64,000 bases of DNA from an uncultured Bacilli bacterium (GCA_934130005.1 CAKOXD010000001.1:705-64704); one strand, 5' to 3'. Counted from the stretch's first letter, positions 16,561 to 27,748 are shown. Made by a program: numbers and translations. Notes: a model not told the origin generated them from the sequence alone.

Positions 16561-18933
16561 ATGATAAGTTTAAATTGGATAAAAAATTATATTGATTTAG
16601 ATGGAGTTGATTTAATTAAACTTGCAGATGAAATTACTAAAACAGGTGTAAATATAGAAAAAGTTATATCTAATCATATTGATCATTTAGTAATAGGTGA
16701 AGTTGTAGAATGTACTATGCATCCTGATAGTGATCATTTACACGTATGTAAAGTTAATATTGGAAATGAAATAATTCAAATAGTATGTGGTGCTTCTAAT
16801 GTAAAAGAAAATATAAAAGTAATAGTTGCACTTCCAGGAGCAAAACTTCCAGGTGATTTTATAATTAAAGCAGGTAAAATTAGAGGAATAGAATCAAATG
16901 GAATGATATGTGCTTTATTTGAACTTGGATTAGAAGAAAAAACAGAAGAAACATATAATAAAGGCATTGAAATATTAGAAAATGATGCAATAGTTGGAAA
17001 AGATCCAATTGAATACTTAGGATTAGATGATACATTATATGAACTTGATATTCATAAAATAAGAAATAACGATTGTTATTATCATATAGGATTCGCATAT
17101 ATAATAGCTGCAATCTTAAATAAAAAAGTTAAATTGCCAAATTTAAATTATACTGAAATAGAAGATGATATTAATAACCATTTCAAACTAAATGTTGACA
17201 CAAATAAATGTCCTTATTACCTAGGAAAAATGGTCACTAATATAGAAATAAAAGAATCACCAGAATTTATAAAAAAAGCATTAAAAAGTGCAGGTATGAG
17301 ACCAATTAATAATGTTGTAGATATATCAAACTACGTAATGCTTGAATATGGACAACCAATGCATTTTTTTGATAAAGAAAAATTAGGAAATGAAATACTT
17401 GTAAGAGATGCTAAAGATAATGAAAAAATAATTACACTAGATAATAAAGAAAGAATATTAAATAGTAATGACATAGTAATAACTGATACAATTAAACCTG
17501 TATGTTTAGCTGGAGTTATGGGTGGACTAAATACTGAAGTAGATGAAAATACAAAGACAATTTTTATAGAATCAGCTATTTTTAATGGTCCAAGTATCAG
17601 AACAACAGCAAATAGACTAAACTTAAAATCAGAAGCATCAATTAGATATGGTAAAGGATTAAACTATGAATATACAGAAGATGCTTTAAACCGTGCATGT
17701 CATTTACTAGAAAAATATGCAAATGCTAAAATATTAAAAGGAATTGTAAAACATGATAAATTAAATAAAGAACCTAAAATAATAACATTTAATGCAGAAG
17801 AAATAAATAACATGCTTGGAATAACAATTAGTAGTGACGATATGGCTCATGAACTTGATAGATTAGATTTTAAATATGAAAGATTAGACTCAAAATTTGT
17901 AGTAACAATTCCAAATAGAAGAATAGATGTAGATCCAAATATAAATGATATAGCAGAAGAAATAGGAAAACTATATGGATATCATAATTTAAAATCAACA
18001 CTACCAGTAATAGAAGAAAAAAAAGGAGAATATATTGGTGATGTTAAATATAGAAAACAAATATCAAAAAGACTTAGAACACTAGGATTAAATGAATGTA
18101 AAACATATACATTAACAAGTCCTGATATGGCAAAATTATTTAAATATGAAAATAAAGAACAAGTAGTTTTACCAAATCCAATGAGTATAGATAAATCAAT
18201 TGTTAGAACATCAATTATTCCATCACTTTTAAATACATACGAATATAACAAAGCAAGAAAAGTACAAGATATATTGTTATATGAAATATCTAAAACATAT
18301 GATGAAAATTATATAGAAGATGTAAAAATTTCAATTTTAATGAAAGGAAATTATATTACAAATTCATGGATTAAAAAACAAAAAATAGATTTTTATTTAG
18401 TAAAAGGAATTCTAGAAAATCTACTTGATTATTTAGGATTTAAAAATAGATATTCATATGAAACAGATATTTTACCTGAAATGCATCCTGGTATTTCAGC
18501 AAGTATTTTATTAGATAGAGAAAAAATCGGTATAATAGGAAGAATTCATCCGAATATAGAAAAAGATGAAGTATATGTTATAGAACTTTCAATGACAAAA
18601 CTATTTGAAAAAAATATAAAACCTATTAAATATAAAGAGGCAAATAAATATCCAGAAATATCAAAAGATTTAGCATTCATAGTAGATAAAAATATAACAA
18701 GTAATGAAATAATGGCACAAATAAAAAAATCAGGAGGAAGACTTCTACAAAATATTGAAGTATTTGATGTGTATGTTGGAGAAAACGTTCTAGAAAATGA
18801 AAAATCTATCGCATTTAATCTAAAATTCAGTGATAGTACTAGAACATTAACAGATAATGAAGTAATGGAAGTATTTAACAAAATAATAAATGATGTAGAA
18901 AATAAATTAAATGCAAAATTAAGAGATAAGTAG
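16561..18933 (+). CDS. pheT: Phenylalanine-tRNA ligase beta subunit
   Basis: 790 aa with a tRNA-binding N-domain, B3/4 and B5 regions and a FDX-ACB C-terminus. It lies immediately after pheS. Confidence 0.95.
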   Translation: MISLNWIKNYIDLDGVDLIKLADEITKTGVNIEKVISNHIDHLVIGEVVECTMHPDSDHLHVCKVNIGNEIIQIVCGASNVKENIKVIVALPGAKLPGDFIIKAGKIRGIESNGMICALFELGLEEKTEETYNKGIEILENDAIVGKDPIEYLGLDDTLYELDIHKIRNNDCYYHIGFAYIIAAILNKKVKLPNLNYTEIEDDINNHFKLNVDTNKCPYYLGKMVTNIEIKESPEFIKKALKSAGMRPINNVVDISNYVMLEYGQPMHFFDKEKLGNEILVRDAKDNEKIITLDNKERILNSNDIVITDTIKPVCLAGVMGGLNTEVDENTKTIFIESAIFNGPSIRTTANRLNLKSEASIRYGKGLNYEYTEDALNRACHLLEKYANAKILKGIVKHDKLNKEPKIITFNAEEINNMLGITISSDDMAHELDRLDFKYERLDSKFVVTIPNRRIDVDPNINDIAEEIGKLYGYHNLKSTLPVIEEKKGEYIGDVKYRKQISKRLRTLGLNECKTYTLTSPDMAKLFKYENKEQVVLPNPMSIDKSIVRTSIIPSLLNTYEYNKARKVQDILLYEISKTYDENYIEDVKISILMKGNYITNSWIKKQKIDFYLVKGILENLLDYLGFKNRYSYETDILPEMHPGISASILLDREKIGIIGRIHPNIEKDEVYVIELSMTKLFEKNIKPIKYKEANKYPEISKDLAFIVDKNITSNEIMAQIKKSGGRLLQNIEVFDVYVGENVLENEKSIAFNLKFSDSTRTLTDNEVMEVFNKIINDVENKLNAKLRDK

Positions 18934-18940
18934 GTATATA

Positions 18941-19180
18941 ATGAAAGAATTAATACAAAATGAATATAAACCAATTACCATGTGGGGATATTTTGGATAT
19001 CAAATATTATTTTCAATACCAATTATTGGATTTATATTAATAATTATATTTTCACTTGGTGGAACATCAAATATAAATTTAAGAAATTTTGCAAGATCAT
19101 ATTTTTGCAAATATATAATTTTAGCTATAATTTTTCTAATAATATTTATATTATATATGATTTTAAACACTAATGTTTAA
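18941..19180 (+). CDS. Small two-TM membrane protein
   Basis: 79-aa hydrophobic ORF lying between pheT and mscL. Confidence 0.45.
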   Translation: MKELIQNEYKPITMWGYFGYQILFSIPIIGFILIIIFSLGGTSNINLRNFARSYFCKYIILAIIFLIIFILYMILNTNV

Positions 19181-19192
19181 GGAGAATAAAAT

Positions 19193-19576
19193 ATGAAGAA
19201 CATAATAATAGAATTTAAAAAATTTATATCAAGAGGAAATGTTATTGATCTTGCAGTCGGAGTATTAATAGGATCAGCATTTTCTAATCTTGTAACATCT
19301 CTAACAGATAATATAATCTCGCCAATTATTGGAATGTTTGGAAAAACAGATTTTAGAGGAATGATACTAAATATAGATGTAGCATTTATACATTTATCAC
19401 TAAAATATGGAGCATTTCTAACAGATGTATTAAATTTTCTTATAATGGCATTTATAGTATTTATAATGGTAAAAATAATGAATAAAATATTTCATAAAGA
19501 AGAAAAGAAAGAAAATAAAAATAAAGAAGAAGTATTATTACTAGAAGAAATAAGAGATTTATTAAAAAAACAATAA
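19193..19576 (+). CDS. mscL: Large-conductance mechanosensitive channel
   Basis: Begins FKKFISRGNVIDLAVGVLIGSAF. Confidence 0.92.
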   Translation: MKNIIIEFKKFISRGNVIDLAVGVLIGSAFSNLVTSLTDNIISPIIGMFGKTDFRGMILNIDVAFIHLSLKYGAFLTDVLNFLIMAFIVFIMVKIMNKIFHKEEKKENKNKEEVLLLEEIRDLLKKQ

Positions 19577-19635
19577 ATCTCTTTTTAATTTTTCAAAAAC
19601 TATAGAATATGTTATAATGATAAAGAGGTAATAAT

Positions 19636-20199
19636 ATGAAAGAATCAAAATTATATACAATTTCACTACCAATTATAAAAATATTAGTAAAAATAATTTT
19701 AAGACCAAAAATTATAAATAAAAAATATATAAATGATGAAAAAATAATTTTAGCCGGAACTCATACACATGATCTTGATTGTCTTCTTTTAATGTCATCA
19801 ACCAAAAGACACATTCATTTTTTAGCTAAAAAAGAGTTATTTGAAGGAAAATTTAAATTCATATTTAAAAATATGGATTTAATACCAGTAGATAGAAAAA
19901 ATAAAGATAAATCTGTAATACCTGCAGCTAAAAAATATTTAGAAGAAAATAAAATAGTTGGAATATTTCCAGAAGGTACATATTCAAAAAATCATGAATT
20001 ATTACCATTTAAAATAGGTACTGTTAAAATAGCTCATGATACAAATAGCAAAATAGTTCCATTTATAATAAAAGGAAATTATTTTAAAAATAATTTAAAA
20101 ATAGTATATGGGCCTCCATTTAAAATAGAAAGTGATAATTTAGAAGAAGAAAATAAAAAATTTAGAGAAAAAATAATTAAAATGTTAGAGGAGAATTAA
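19636..20199 (+). CDS. PlsC-family lysophospholipid acyltransferase
   Basis: Contains an HX4D motif (HTHDLD) and FPEGT. Confidence 0.8.
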   Translation: MKESKLYTISLPIIKILVKIILRPKIINKKYINDEKIILAGTHTHDLDCLLLMSSTKRHIHFLAKKELFEGKFKFIFKNMDLIPVDRKNKDKSVIPAAKKYLEENKIVGIFPEGTYSKNHELLPFKIGTVKIAHDTNSKIVPFIIKGNYFKNNLKIVYGPPFKIESDNLEEENKKFREKIIKMLEEN

Positions 20200-20200
20200 A

Positions 20201-21934
20201 ATGGGAATACTAGATATATTTAAAGGTAAAAAGAAATTTGATGAACCTTGGAGTAAATATTATACAGAAGAAGAATTAAATTTTAAAATACCAAATAAAA
20301 CAATGTATGAAATGTTGATGGATAGCAAAGAAAAATATCCAAATAATATAGCAATCAAATATTTTGACAAAAAAATAAAATATAAAACATTAGTAAAAAA
20401 AATAGAAAAAGCTAGTAAAGCATTTACATATTATGGAGTAAAAAAAGGTGATATAGTAACTATTTGTATGCCAAATACACCAGAAGTTTTGATAGCTTTA
20501 TATGCTTTAAATAAAATAGGGGCAATCGCACATATGACACATCCTCTATCAGCAGAAGAAGAAATAAAAGAAGCAGTAAATAATACAAATTCAAAAATAC
20601 TAATTATAATCGATATGAATTATGAAAAAATAAAAAATATAGTAAATAAAACAGAACTTGATAAAATAATATTTGTATCAGCAGCTAATGGGATGGATTT
20701 AATACATCATATTGGATATAATTTAACTAAAAAAAGAAAATATAAAAAATACCCTAGAACTAAAAAATATATATCATGGAACAATTTTATTTTAAAGAGT
20801 TATAAAATAAAAAGAATAAAAAAACCTCTTGTAGATAAAAATACACCAGCAGTTATATTACATAGTGGTGGTACAAGTGGTAAACCAAAATATGTAGTAT
20901 TAACTAATAAAGCATTTAATGTATCTGCAATCCAAGAAAAAATTGTCTTAAAAAAACTAGTACCAGGAGATTCTACAATTGCAATTATGCCTAACTTTCA
21001 TGGATTTGGACTAAGTGTTTGTATGCATACGCCACTTTGTTTTGGATTTCACACAATATTAATACCACAATTTGATTCAAAAAAATTTGATGTACTAATA
21101 AATAAAACAAAACCAACTACTATACTTGGTGTACCAACGCTTTATGAAGCATTAATAAATAGCCATAATATCAAAAATTTAGACTTATCATATATGAAAT
21201 ATGTAGTAAGTGGTGGAGATCAAATTGGAAAATCACTTGAAGAAAGAATAAATGAATATTTAAAAGAACATAATTGTAAAGCTAAAATTACTCAAGGATA
21301 TGGTCTTAGTGAAGGACTTGCAGCAGTATGTTTGTGTTATGATGATAAAAATAAAAATGGAAGTATAGGACTTCCATTACCTAGAAATCATATAAAAATA
21401 ATAGATCCAGTAACAAGAAAAACAGTGCCATATGGTGTTACAGGTGAAATTTGTATCAATGGACCTACTGTTATGAAAGGGTATTTAAATGACGAATCAG
21501 AAACAAATGATGCTCTTCAAGTACATAAAGACAATCATGTATGGCTTCATACAGGAGATATGGGACATATGGATAGCGATGGGTTCTTGTTTTACGACCA
21601 AAGAATCAAAAGAATGATAATAACATCTGGATATAATGTATATCCTTCACATATAGAAGAGGTAATAGAAAGACATCCAGATGTACTTCAATGTACAGTA
21701 GTCGCAATGGATCATCCATATAAAGTACAAGTACCAAAAGCATTTATAGTACTAAAAGATGGAAAAAATGCTAATATATTTAAAAAAATGGCAATAAAAG
21801 AATACTGTAAAAAAAATCTTGCTCACTATATGTGTCCATATAAATATGTATTTAGAAAAGCTTTACCAAAAACAAGACTTGGAAAAATAGATTTTAAGTC
21901 ATTACAAGCAGACGATGGAGATGATGATTATTAA
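20201..21934 (+). CDS. AMP-dependent acyl-CoA/acyl-ACP synthetase (long-chain fatty-acid ligase-like)
   Basis: Contains LHSGGTSGKPK, TQGYGLSE and HTGDMG motifs. Confidence 0.85.
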   Translation: MGILDIFKGKKKFDEPWSKYYTEEELNFKIPNKTMYEMLMDSKEKYPNNIAIKYFDKKIKYKTLVKKIEKASKAFTYYGVKKGDIVTICMPNTPEVLIALYALNKIGAIAHMTHPLSAEEEIKEAVNNTNSKILIIIDMNYEKIKNIVNKTELDKIIFVSAANGMDLIHHIGYNLTKKRKYKKYPRTKKYISWNNFILKSYKIKRIKKPLVDKNTPAVILHSGGTSGKPKYVVLTNKAFNVSAIQEKIVLKKLVPGDSTIAIMPNFHGFGLSVCMHTPLCFGFHTILIPQFDSKKFDVLINKTKPTTILGVPTLYEALINSHNIKNLDLSYMKYVVSGGDQIGKSLEERINEYLKEHNCKAKITQGYGLSEGLAAVCLCYDDKNKNGSIGLPLPRNHIKIIDPVTRKTVPYGVTGEICINGPTVMKGYLNDESETNDALQVHKDNHVWLHTGDMGHMDSDGFLFYDQRIKRMIITSGYNVYPSHIEEVIERHPDVLQCTVVAMDHPYKVQVPKAFIVLKDGKNANIFKKMAIKEYCKKNLAHYMCPYKYVFRKALPKTRLGKIDFKSLQADDGDDDY

Positions 21935-22511
21935 AACACCAATATTATATAAAATAGGAAGATTTATTCTAGGTCCAATATTTAAATTGTATTATAATCC
22001 AAAAATAATAAATAAAGAAGTGATACCTAAAGATGGCCCAATATTAATAGTAGGAAACCATAAACATGTTTACGATCAATGTCTAACTATAATCGCAACT
22101 AAAAGATTTATAAATTATATGGCTAAAAAAGAATATTTTGATTCTAAAATGGCATGGTTTTTTAAAGGCACAGGATGTATTAGTGTAGATAGAAGTAAAA
22201 AAGACGATAATGCTACTAATAAAGCATTAGAAATATTAAATAATAATGGAGCAGTTGGATTATTTCCAGAAGGAACAAGAAATAAAACAAAAGAATTCTT
22301 ACTTCCTTTTAAATTTGGAACAGTATCAATGGCAAAAAAAACAAATGCAACAATAGTACCATTTGGATTAACAGGAGATTATAAATTTAGAAGTAAGAAT
22401 TTAACTGTAAGATATGGAACACCATTCAAAGTAGATAATATGACACTAGAAGAAGCAAATAATAAATTATATAAAGAAGTAGAAAAATTAATGAAAGAAA
22501 ACTTAAAATAA
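21915..22511 (+). CDS. PlsC-family lysophospholipid acyltransferase
   Basis: Contains an HX4D motif (HKHVYD) and FPEGTRN. It overlaps the ligase gene by 20 nt. Confidence 0.8.
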   Translation: MEMMIIKTPILYKIGRFILGPIFKLYYNPKIINKEVIPKDGPILIVGNHKHVYDQCLTIIATKRFINYMAKKEYFDSKMAWFFKGTGCISVDRSKKDDNATNKALEILNNNGAVGLFPEGTRNKTKEFLLPFKFGTVSMAKKTNATIVPFGLTGDYKFRSKNLTVRYGTPFKVDNMTLEEANNKLYKEVEKLMKENLK

Positions 22512-22541
22512 GAAAATATGTTTGTATATTTTCTTATTTTT
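22510..22541 (+). terminator. Rho-independent terminator
   Basis: 10-bp stem AAGAAAATAT/ATATTTTCTT followed by a T-rich tail. Confidence 0.65.
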
Positions 22542-22586
22542 ATTGATTTAATTTAATATTTATTTTATAATAAATATGGTGATTAT

Positions 22587-23675
22587 ATGAAGTCAGTATA
22601 TATTCATATACCTTTTTGTAATAATATATGTTCATATTGTGATTTTACAAAAATGTTTTATAATGAAGATTTAGTAGAAAAATATTTAGATATACTAGAA
22701 AATGAAATAAAAGAAAACTATAAAAATGAAAAAATAAGTACAGTCTATATAGGTGGAGGAACACCAAGCTCATTAAATATTAAACAATTAAAAAAATTAC
22801 TAGAAATAACTAAAATCTTTAATTTAAATAAAAATTATGAATATACATTTGAAGCAAATATAGAATCACTTGATATAGAAAAAATAAAATTATTAAAAAA
22901 ATATAAAGTAAATAGATTAAGTATAGGAATAGAAACATTTAATGAAAAACATTTAAAATTTTTAAATAGATTTCATACAAATGAAGAAGTATATAAAAAA
23001 ATAAATTATGCTAAAAAATATTTTGATAACATTAATATAGATTTGATGTATGCTTTAAAAGACGAAACATTAGAAGAATTAAAAAAAGATATAGAATTAT
23101 TTTTAAAATTAGATATTAATCATATATCAACATATTCGCTTATAATTGAACCACATACAAAACTTTATATAAATAATATTAAAAATATAGATGAAGATTT
23201 AGATTATGAAATGTATGAATATATATGTAAAACCTTAAAAGAAAATAGTTTTAATCATTATGAAGTAAGCAATTTTGCTAAAAAAGGATATGAATCAAAA
23301 CATAATCTAACATATTGGAATAACTTAGAATACTATGGTTTTGGGCTTGGAGCAAGTGGATTTGTAAATAATATTAGGTATACAAACACTTCAAATATAA
23401 AAAACTATTTAAAAAAAATATACATAAAAGAAAAAATAGAAATGTCACAAATAGAAAATATGCAAAATGAAATGATATTAGGCCTTAGAAAATTAAAAGG
23501 TGTAAATATAAAAAAATTCGAAAAAAAATACAATATAGAAATCAAAGACGCATTTAAAATAGATGATTTATTAAAGAAAGGAAAGTTAATTATAAAAGAT
23601 AATTATATATTTATAAATCCTAAATATATATATTTATCTAATGATATATTAATTAATTTTATAGGTGAAGAATGA
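22587..23675 (+). CDS. hemW: Radical SAM heme chaperone HemW
   Basis: Contains YIHIPFCNNICSYCDF and a HemN_C-like tail. Confidence 0.85.
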   Translation: MKSVYIHIPFCNNICSYCDFTKMFYNEDLVEKYLDILENEIKENYKNEKISTVYIGGGTPSSLNIKQLKKLLEITKIFNLNKNYEYTFEANIESLDIEKIKLLKKYKVNRLSIGIETFNEKHLKFLNRFHTNEEVYKKINYAKKYFDNINIDLMYALKDETLEELKKDIELFLKLDINHISTYSLIIEPHTKLYINNIKNIDEDLDYEMYEYICKTLKENSFNHYEVSNFAKKGYESKHNLTYWNNLEYYGFGLGASGFVNNIRYTNTSNIKNYLKKIYIKEKIEMSQIENMQNEMILGLRKLKGVNIKKFEKKYNIEIKDAFKIDDLLKKGKLIIKDNYIFINPKYIYLSNDILINFIGEE

Positions 23676-24262
23676 TAAATTTAGAAATAAAAGAAGAAAC
23701 ATTTAATAAAGAATATACATATATAAAAAATAAAAAATATAGAGATAACTTAAAAATAATGGTTAATTTAATACCTGATTACTTTTTTAGTGTTCCAGCT
23801 TCTTCAACTGGTAAATACCATCCTTCCTTTTCACTAGGTGAAGGTGGTCTTGTTAGACATACAAAATTTGCTGTAAGAATAGCATATGAACTTTTTCAAG
23901 ATGAATCAATAACTGGTATATTTAATCAAAATGAAAAAGATTTAATGATATTTGCTCTTGTATTACATGATTCATTAAAATCGGGACTAATAAAAGAGGA
24001 ATATACAAGATTTGATCATCCCTTATTAGCAAGTAATTACATAAAAGAAAATAAAGATAAATTAACCTTAACAGATAATGAAATAAAATTTGTTTGTAGT
24101 GTTATAGAATCACATATGGGTCCATGGAACAAAGATTATAAAGGAAATGAAATATTACCACTTCCAAAAAATAAATATCAAAAATTTGTACATATGTGTG
24201 ATTTTTTAGCAAGTCGTAAATTTTTAGATACTAAATTTAATAATAATGAAATAGAAGATTAA
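23672..24262 (+). CDS. HD-domain phosphohydrolase
   Basis: Contains H...LHDSLK and later H and D residues typical of the HD fold. Confidence 0.65.
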   Translation: MINLEIKEETFNKEYTYIKNKKYRDNLKIMVNLIPDYFFSVPASSTGKYHPSFSLGEGGLVRHTKFAVRIAYELFQDESITGIFNQNEKDLMIFALVLHDSLKSGLIKEEYTRFDHPLLASNYIKENKDKLTLTDNEIKFVCSVIESHMGPWNKDYKGNEILPLPKNKYQKFVHMCDFLASRKFLDTKFNNNEIED

Positions 24263-24272
24263 AGGAGAAAAA

Positions 24273-24959
24273 ATGAGAGGAAAATTAATAGTAGTAGAGG
24301 GTACAGATTGTTCTGGTAAAGAAACACAAACAAAAATGTTAGTAGAAAAATTAACAGAAAACAATAGAAAAGTTAAAAGATATAGTTTTCCAATGTATGA
24401 TACACCAACAGGTAAAATAGTTGGAGGTCCATATTTAGGCAAAAAATATATCAGCGATGGCTGGTTTAGTGAAGGAGCACCCAATGTTCCATATAAAGTC
24501 GCATCTCTTTTATATGCTGCAGATAGACTTTATAATATAGATAAAATAAATAATGATTTAGAAAATGGTATCGATGTAATATTAGATAGATATGTCTATT
24601 CAAATATGGCACATCAAGGTGGTAAAATAATTGATAAAAAAGAAAGAATAGATTTATATAAATGGTTAGAAGAACTAGAATTTAATTTATTAAATTTACC
24701 AATTCCAGATATAAAAATATTTTTGCATATGCCAGTAGAATATACAAAAATTTTAAAGCAAAATAGATTAGAAGAAGCAGACCAACATGAAAAAGATAAA
24801 AATCATTTAATTAATGCAGAAAAAGCATATTTAGAAATAGCTAAAATGTATGATTTTAATCTAATAGAATGTATTAAAGATAATAATATAAAATCAATAG
24901 ATGACATAAATAAAGAATTATATGATATAGTAGAAAAACTTATCAATAAAAAATCCTAA
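24273..24959 (+). CDS. tmk: Thymidylate kinase
   Basis: Contains the P-loop VVEGTDCSGKETQ and a DRY motif. Confidence 0.85.
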   Translation: MRGKLIVVEGTDCSGKETQTKMLVEKLTENNRKVKRYSFPMYDTPTGKIVGGPYLGKKYISDGWFSEGAPNVPYKVASLLYAADRLYNIDKINNDLENGIDVILDRYVYSNMAHQGGKIIDKKERIDLYKWLEELEFNLLNLPIPDIKIFLHMPVEYTKILKQNRLEEADQHEKDKNHLINAEKAYLEIAKMYDFNLIECIKDNNIKSIDDINKELYDIVEKLINKKS

Positions 24960-25035
24960 TAAAAAGGATTTTTTTATTGATTTTTTAAGCAAATTTTGAT
25001 ATTATAGAAAACATTAAATAAGAGGGGGAAAATAT

Positions 25036-25347
25036 ATGAATAAAAAAGAACTATATAATTTAGAAAAAGAACAAAATATCTTACTATGTGCTAAATTATT
25101 TCTAGAAAATGATTATTATATTATAGATATTGCAAATATAATAAAAAAATCAACATCAACAGTTCAAAGATACTTAAACGATCCATATATAGAAATTAAA
25201 TTAGGAAAAGATATAAAAGAATTGATAGAATTAAAATTGAAAGCTAAAAAAACAGAAGGAAATCTAAAAGGTGGAATAATATCTACAATTAATAATGAAG
25301 CAACTAAAGATAGCAATGGAAAATTTACTGGTATGAAGAGGCGATAA
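25036..25347 (+). CDS. SpoIIID-like HTH transcriptional regulator
   Basis: About 100 aa with the HTH segment IIDIANIIKKSTSTVQRYLN and a basic C-terminal region with GG. Confidence 0.5.
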   Translation: MNKKELYNLEKEQNILLCAKLFLENDYYIIDIANIIKKSTSTVQRYLNDPYIEIKLGKDIKELIELKLKAKKTEGNLKGGIISTINNEATKDSNGKFTGMKRR

Positions 25348-25348
25348 T

Positions 25349-26227
25349 ATGACTAAGGAAATATATGAAGAAATATATAATTTTACATGTAAAATATATG
25401 ATGCATATCAAATAGAAGATAAAAATTTATTAAATAAAATAATAGAACTTGAAGAGCCATTATATGATAGAATATTTACTGAATTAGATGATTATAATTT
25501 AAATGTTTTTTTAGAATATGCAATTTTTAAATATAGTAGTATAAATCCTCATGATTATGATTTATATGAAGCAATATTATATGAAGATAAAAATAAATTT
25601 GTAATAAGAAGAATAAATAATAAATTATTAAAAAAATCAATTGAATATAACATAACTGATGAAAATAAACAAGCAATAACTTTAAATGATCAAATAACAT
25701 TAGTAAGCAGTAATATATACGATGCATCAATAGAATTAAACGAGAAAATAATTGCTAATATCGAAGCAAAATTTATTTATATGTTAGAAAAAGAAAATAT
25801 AATTAATAGAGATGAAATAATAAAAAAATTAACGTTTGTATCTGTATATTTAGAAGAAATAGTAAAAAATAAAGCAATAGAAGAAATTATAAAAGAAGAA
25901 GATAATTTATATAATAATTTATGGGAACATGTAAAAAATGATTACATGTATATGTTAAATGAATATGTAACAAAAACAATAGGAAAAAATATTATATTTA
26001 TGCATTCAAAAATAGATTTAAATAATCCAAATAATATAAAAGTAAGAGAGATATATCTTAGAACATTGTTTAATTATTTAGATATAAAGGAAATAGATTT
26101 AATAAAAAAACAATATGAAAAAGAAGATTTAGTTGTATATAATAAAGAAGGATATAAAGCAGTAATCGAATCATTTGAAAGTTATGATAAAGATAAAGAA
26201 TTAATAAAAAAAATAAAAACACATTAG
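25349..26227 (+). CDS. Hypothetical protein, tightly coupled to the SpoIIID-like gene
   Basis: 292-aa ORF that starts 1 nt after the upstream stop. I recognised no motif. Confidence 0.5.
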   Translation: MTKEIYEEIYNFTCKIYDAYQIEDKNLLNKIIELEEPLYDRIFTELDDYNLNVFLEYAIFKYSSINPHDYDLYEAILYEDKNKFVIRRINNKLLKKSIEYNITDENKQAITLNDQITLVSSNIYDASIELNEKIIANIEAKFIYMLEKENIINRDEIIKKLTFVSVYLEEIVKNKAIEEIIKEEDNLYNNLWEHVKNDYMYMLNEYVTKTIGKNIIFMHSKIDLNNPNNIKVREIYLRTLFNYLDIKEIDLIKKQYEKEDLVVYNKEGYKAVIESFESYDKDKELIKKIKTH

Positions 26228-26233
26228 TGTTTT

Positions 26234-26770
26234 TTATATATTATAAATATTTATACCATACTTTTCATTTTCAGTATCAAAAAATAAATGTGTTTTAATA
26301 GGTTTATAAGTTAAATAACCAAAAACAATATAAGTTATTATTATTAAAATAATTCCTATAATATTCGATGATTTAAATCCTTTTAACGAAATAAGTTTAT
26401 AATTTATAAAAGCTGCAATAATAATTACAATCAACATTAAACTAATCGATATAAACATTACTTCTCCAAATTTATAATAAAGAGGTAAAAATAATAATAA
26501 GTATATAGGAATAGATAATAAGGCTTCAAAAAATTTTGATAAAATATAATTATTTACTTTAATATTAAAACGAATTATTAAAAAATACTCAATGATACTA
26601 AACAATAAAATAGTTGTAAATAACATTTTCATATGTTCCCAAATACTTTCATTAACGGGAAAAAATATCGAAAATAAACTATTAGGAAAAATATCATATA
26701 AAAAATGAGTTAAAAAGCAAAGCAAAAAAGTACCGATAACACTAATGATTTTTATATTTTTTAAATTCAT
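26234..26770 (-). CDS. Polytopic membrane protein, function unknown
   Basis: AAAGGAG lies 6 nt before ATG 26770. It has five or six TM helices. Confidence 0.55.
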   Translation of the reverse strand: MNLKNIKIISVIGTFLLCFLTHFLYDIFPNSLFSIFFPVNESIWEHMKMLFTTILLFSIIEYFLIIRFNIKVNNYILSKFFEALLSIPIYLLLFLPLYYKFGEVMFISISLMLIVIIIAAFINYKLISLKGFKSSNIIGIILIIITYIVFGYLTYKPIKTHLFFDTENEKYGINIYNI

Positions 26771-26809
26771 AAAAAACTCCTTTCTAACCATATTATAAAT
26801 GGTGATAAT

Positions 26810-27748
26810 ATGAAAATAAGACTTGGATATGCATGTATAACAAATGCTTTAAATGTTACATCATCTAGTATGATGACATATAAACATTATAAAAACTTAG
26901 GAAATTTAAGAGGTCAAGAAAAATTAGACAAAATAATAAAATCAAATTTTGAAGCATTAAAAGAAATATTAAAATATAATATAAAAAATGAAATACACTT
27001 TTATAGAATGACTTCAAATTTAATACCTCTTGCTACACATCCAAATGTTTCGTTTGAAATATTTAATAGGTATAAAAATGAATTTATAGAAATAGGAAAT
27101 ATAATAAAAGAAAATAATTTAAGAGTAGATATGCATCCAGATCAATTTTGTGTTTTAAATAGCATAAATGATACAACTATAAATTCTACTATTAATATAC
27201 TCGAATTTTATCAAAATATGTTTAATGCTATGGAAATAAAATCAAAACTAGTATTACATATAGGAAGCAAAGCAAATGGTAAAAAAGAAAGTATGAAAAG
27301 ATTTATTAATAACTTTGATAAATTAAATGAAGAATTAAAAAAAATGATAATTTTAGAAAATGATGATAAAGTATATAATATAAAAAATACATTAAAACTT
27401 GCAACTACGCTTAATATACCAATGGTACTTGATTATCATCATTTTAAATGTAATCGTACAAACGAAAAAATAGAAGATTATATAGAAAAAATATTTAATA
27501 CTTGGGACAGCATACCAAAAATACATTTTTCAAGTCCTAAAAATAAAAAGGAAAAAAGAAGTCATAATGAATATATAGATGTAGATGAATTTATAAAATT
27601 CATAGAAAAAATAAAATTTATAGATAAAGATTTTGATATTATGATAGAAGCAAAAGCACATGATGATGCAATATTTAGATTAATTAGACAATTAAAATAC
27701 AAAACAAATTATAAATTTATAGATGAAACAACTTTTTTAGTAAAATAA
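26810..27748 (+). CDS. uvsE: UV damage endonuclease (UvdE/UvsE)
   Basis: Begins MKIRLGYACI, followed by a TIM-barrel pattern with HPDQF, HIGS, ENDD and HH motifs. Confidence 0.85.
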   Translation: MKIRLGYACITNALNVTSSSMMTYKHYKNLGNLRGQEKLDKIIKSNFEALKEILKYNIKNEIHFYRMTSNLIPLATHPNVSFEIFNRYKNEFIEIGNIIKENNLRVDMHPDQFCVLNSINDTTINSTINILEFYQNMFNAMEIKSKLVLHIGSKANGKKESMKRFINNFDKLNEELKKMIILENDDKVYNIKNTLKLATTLNIPMVLDYHHFKCNRTNEKIEDYIEKIFNTWDSIPKIHFSSPKNKKEKRSHNEYIDVDEFIKFIEKIKFIDKDFDIMIEAKAHDDAIFRLIRQLKYKTNYKFIDETTFLVK

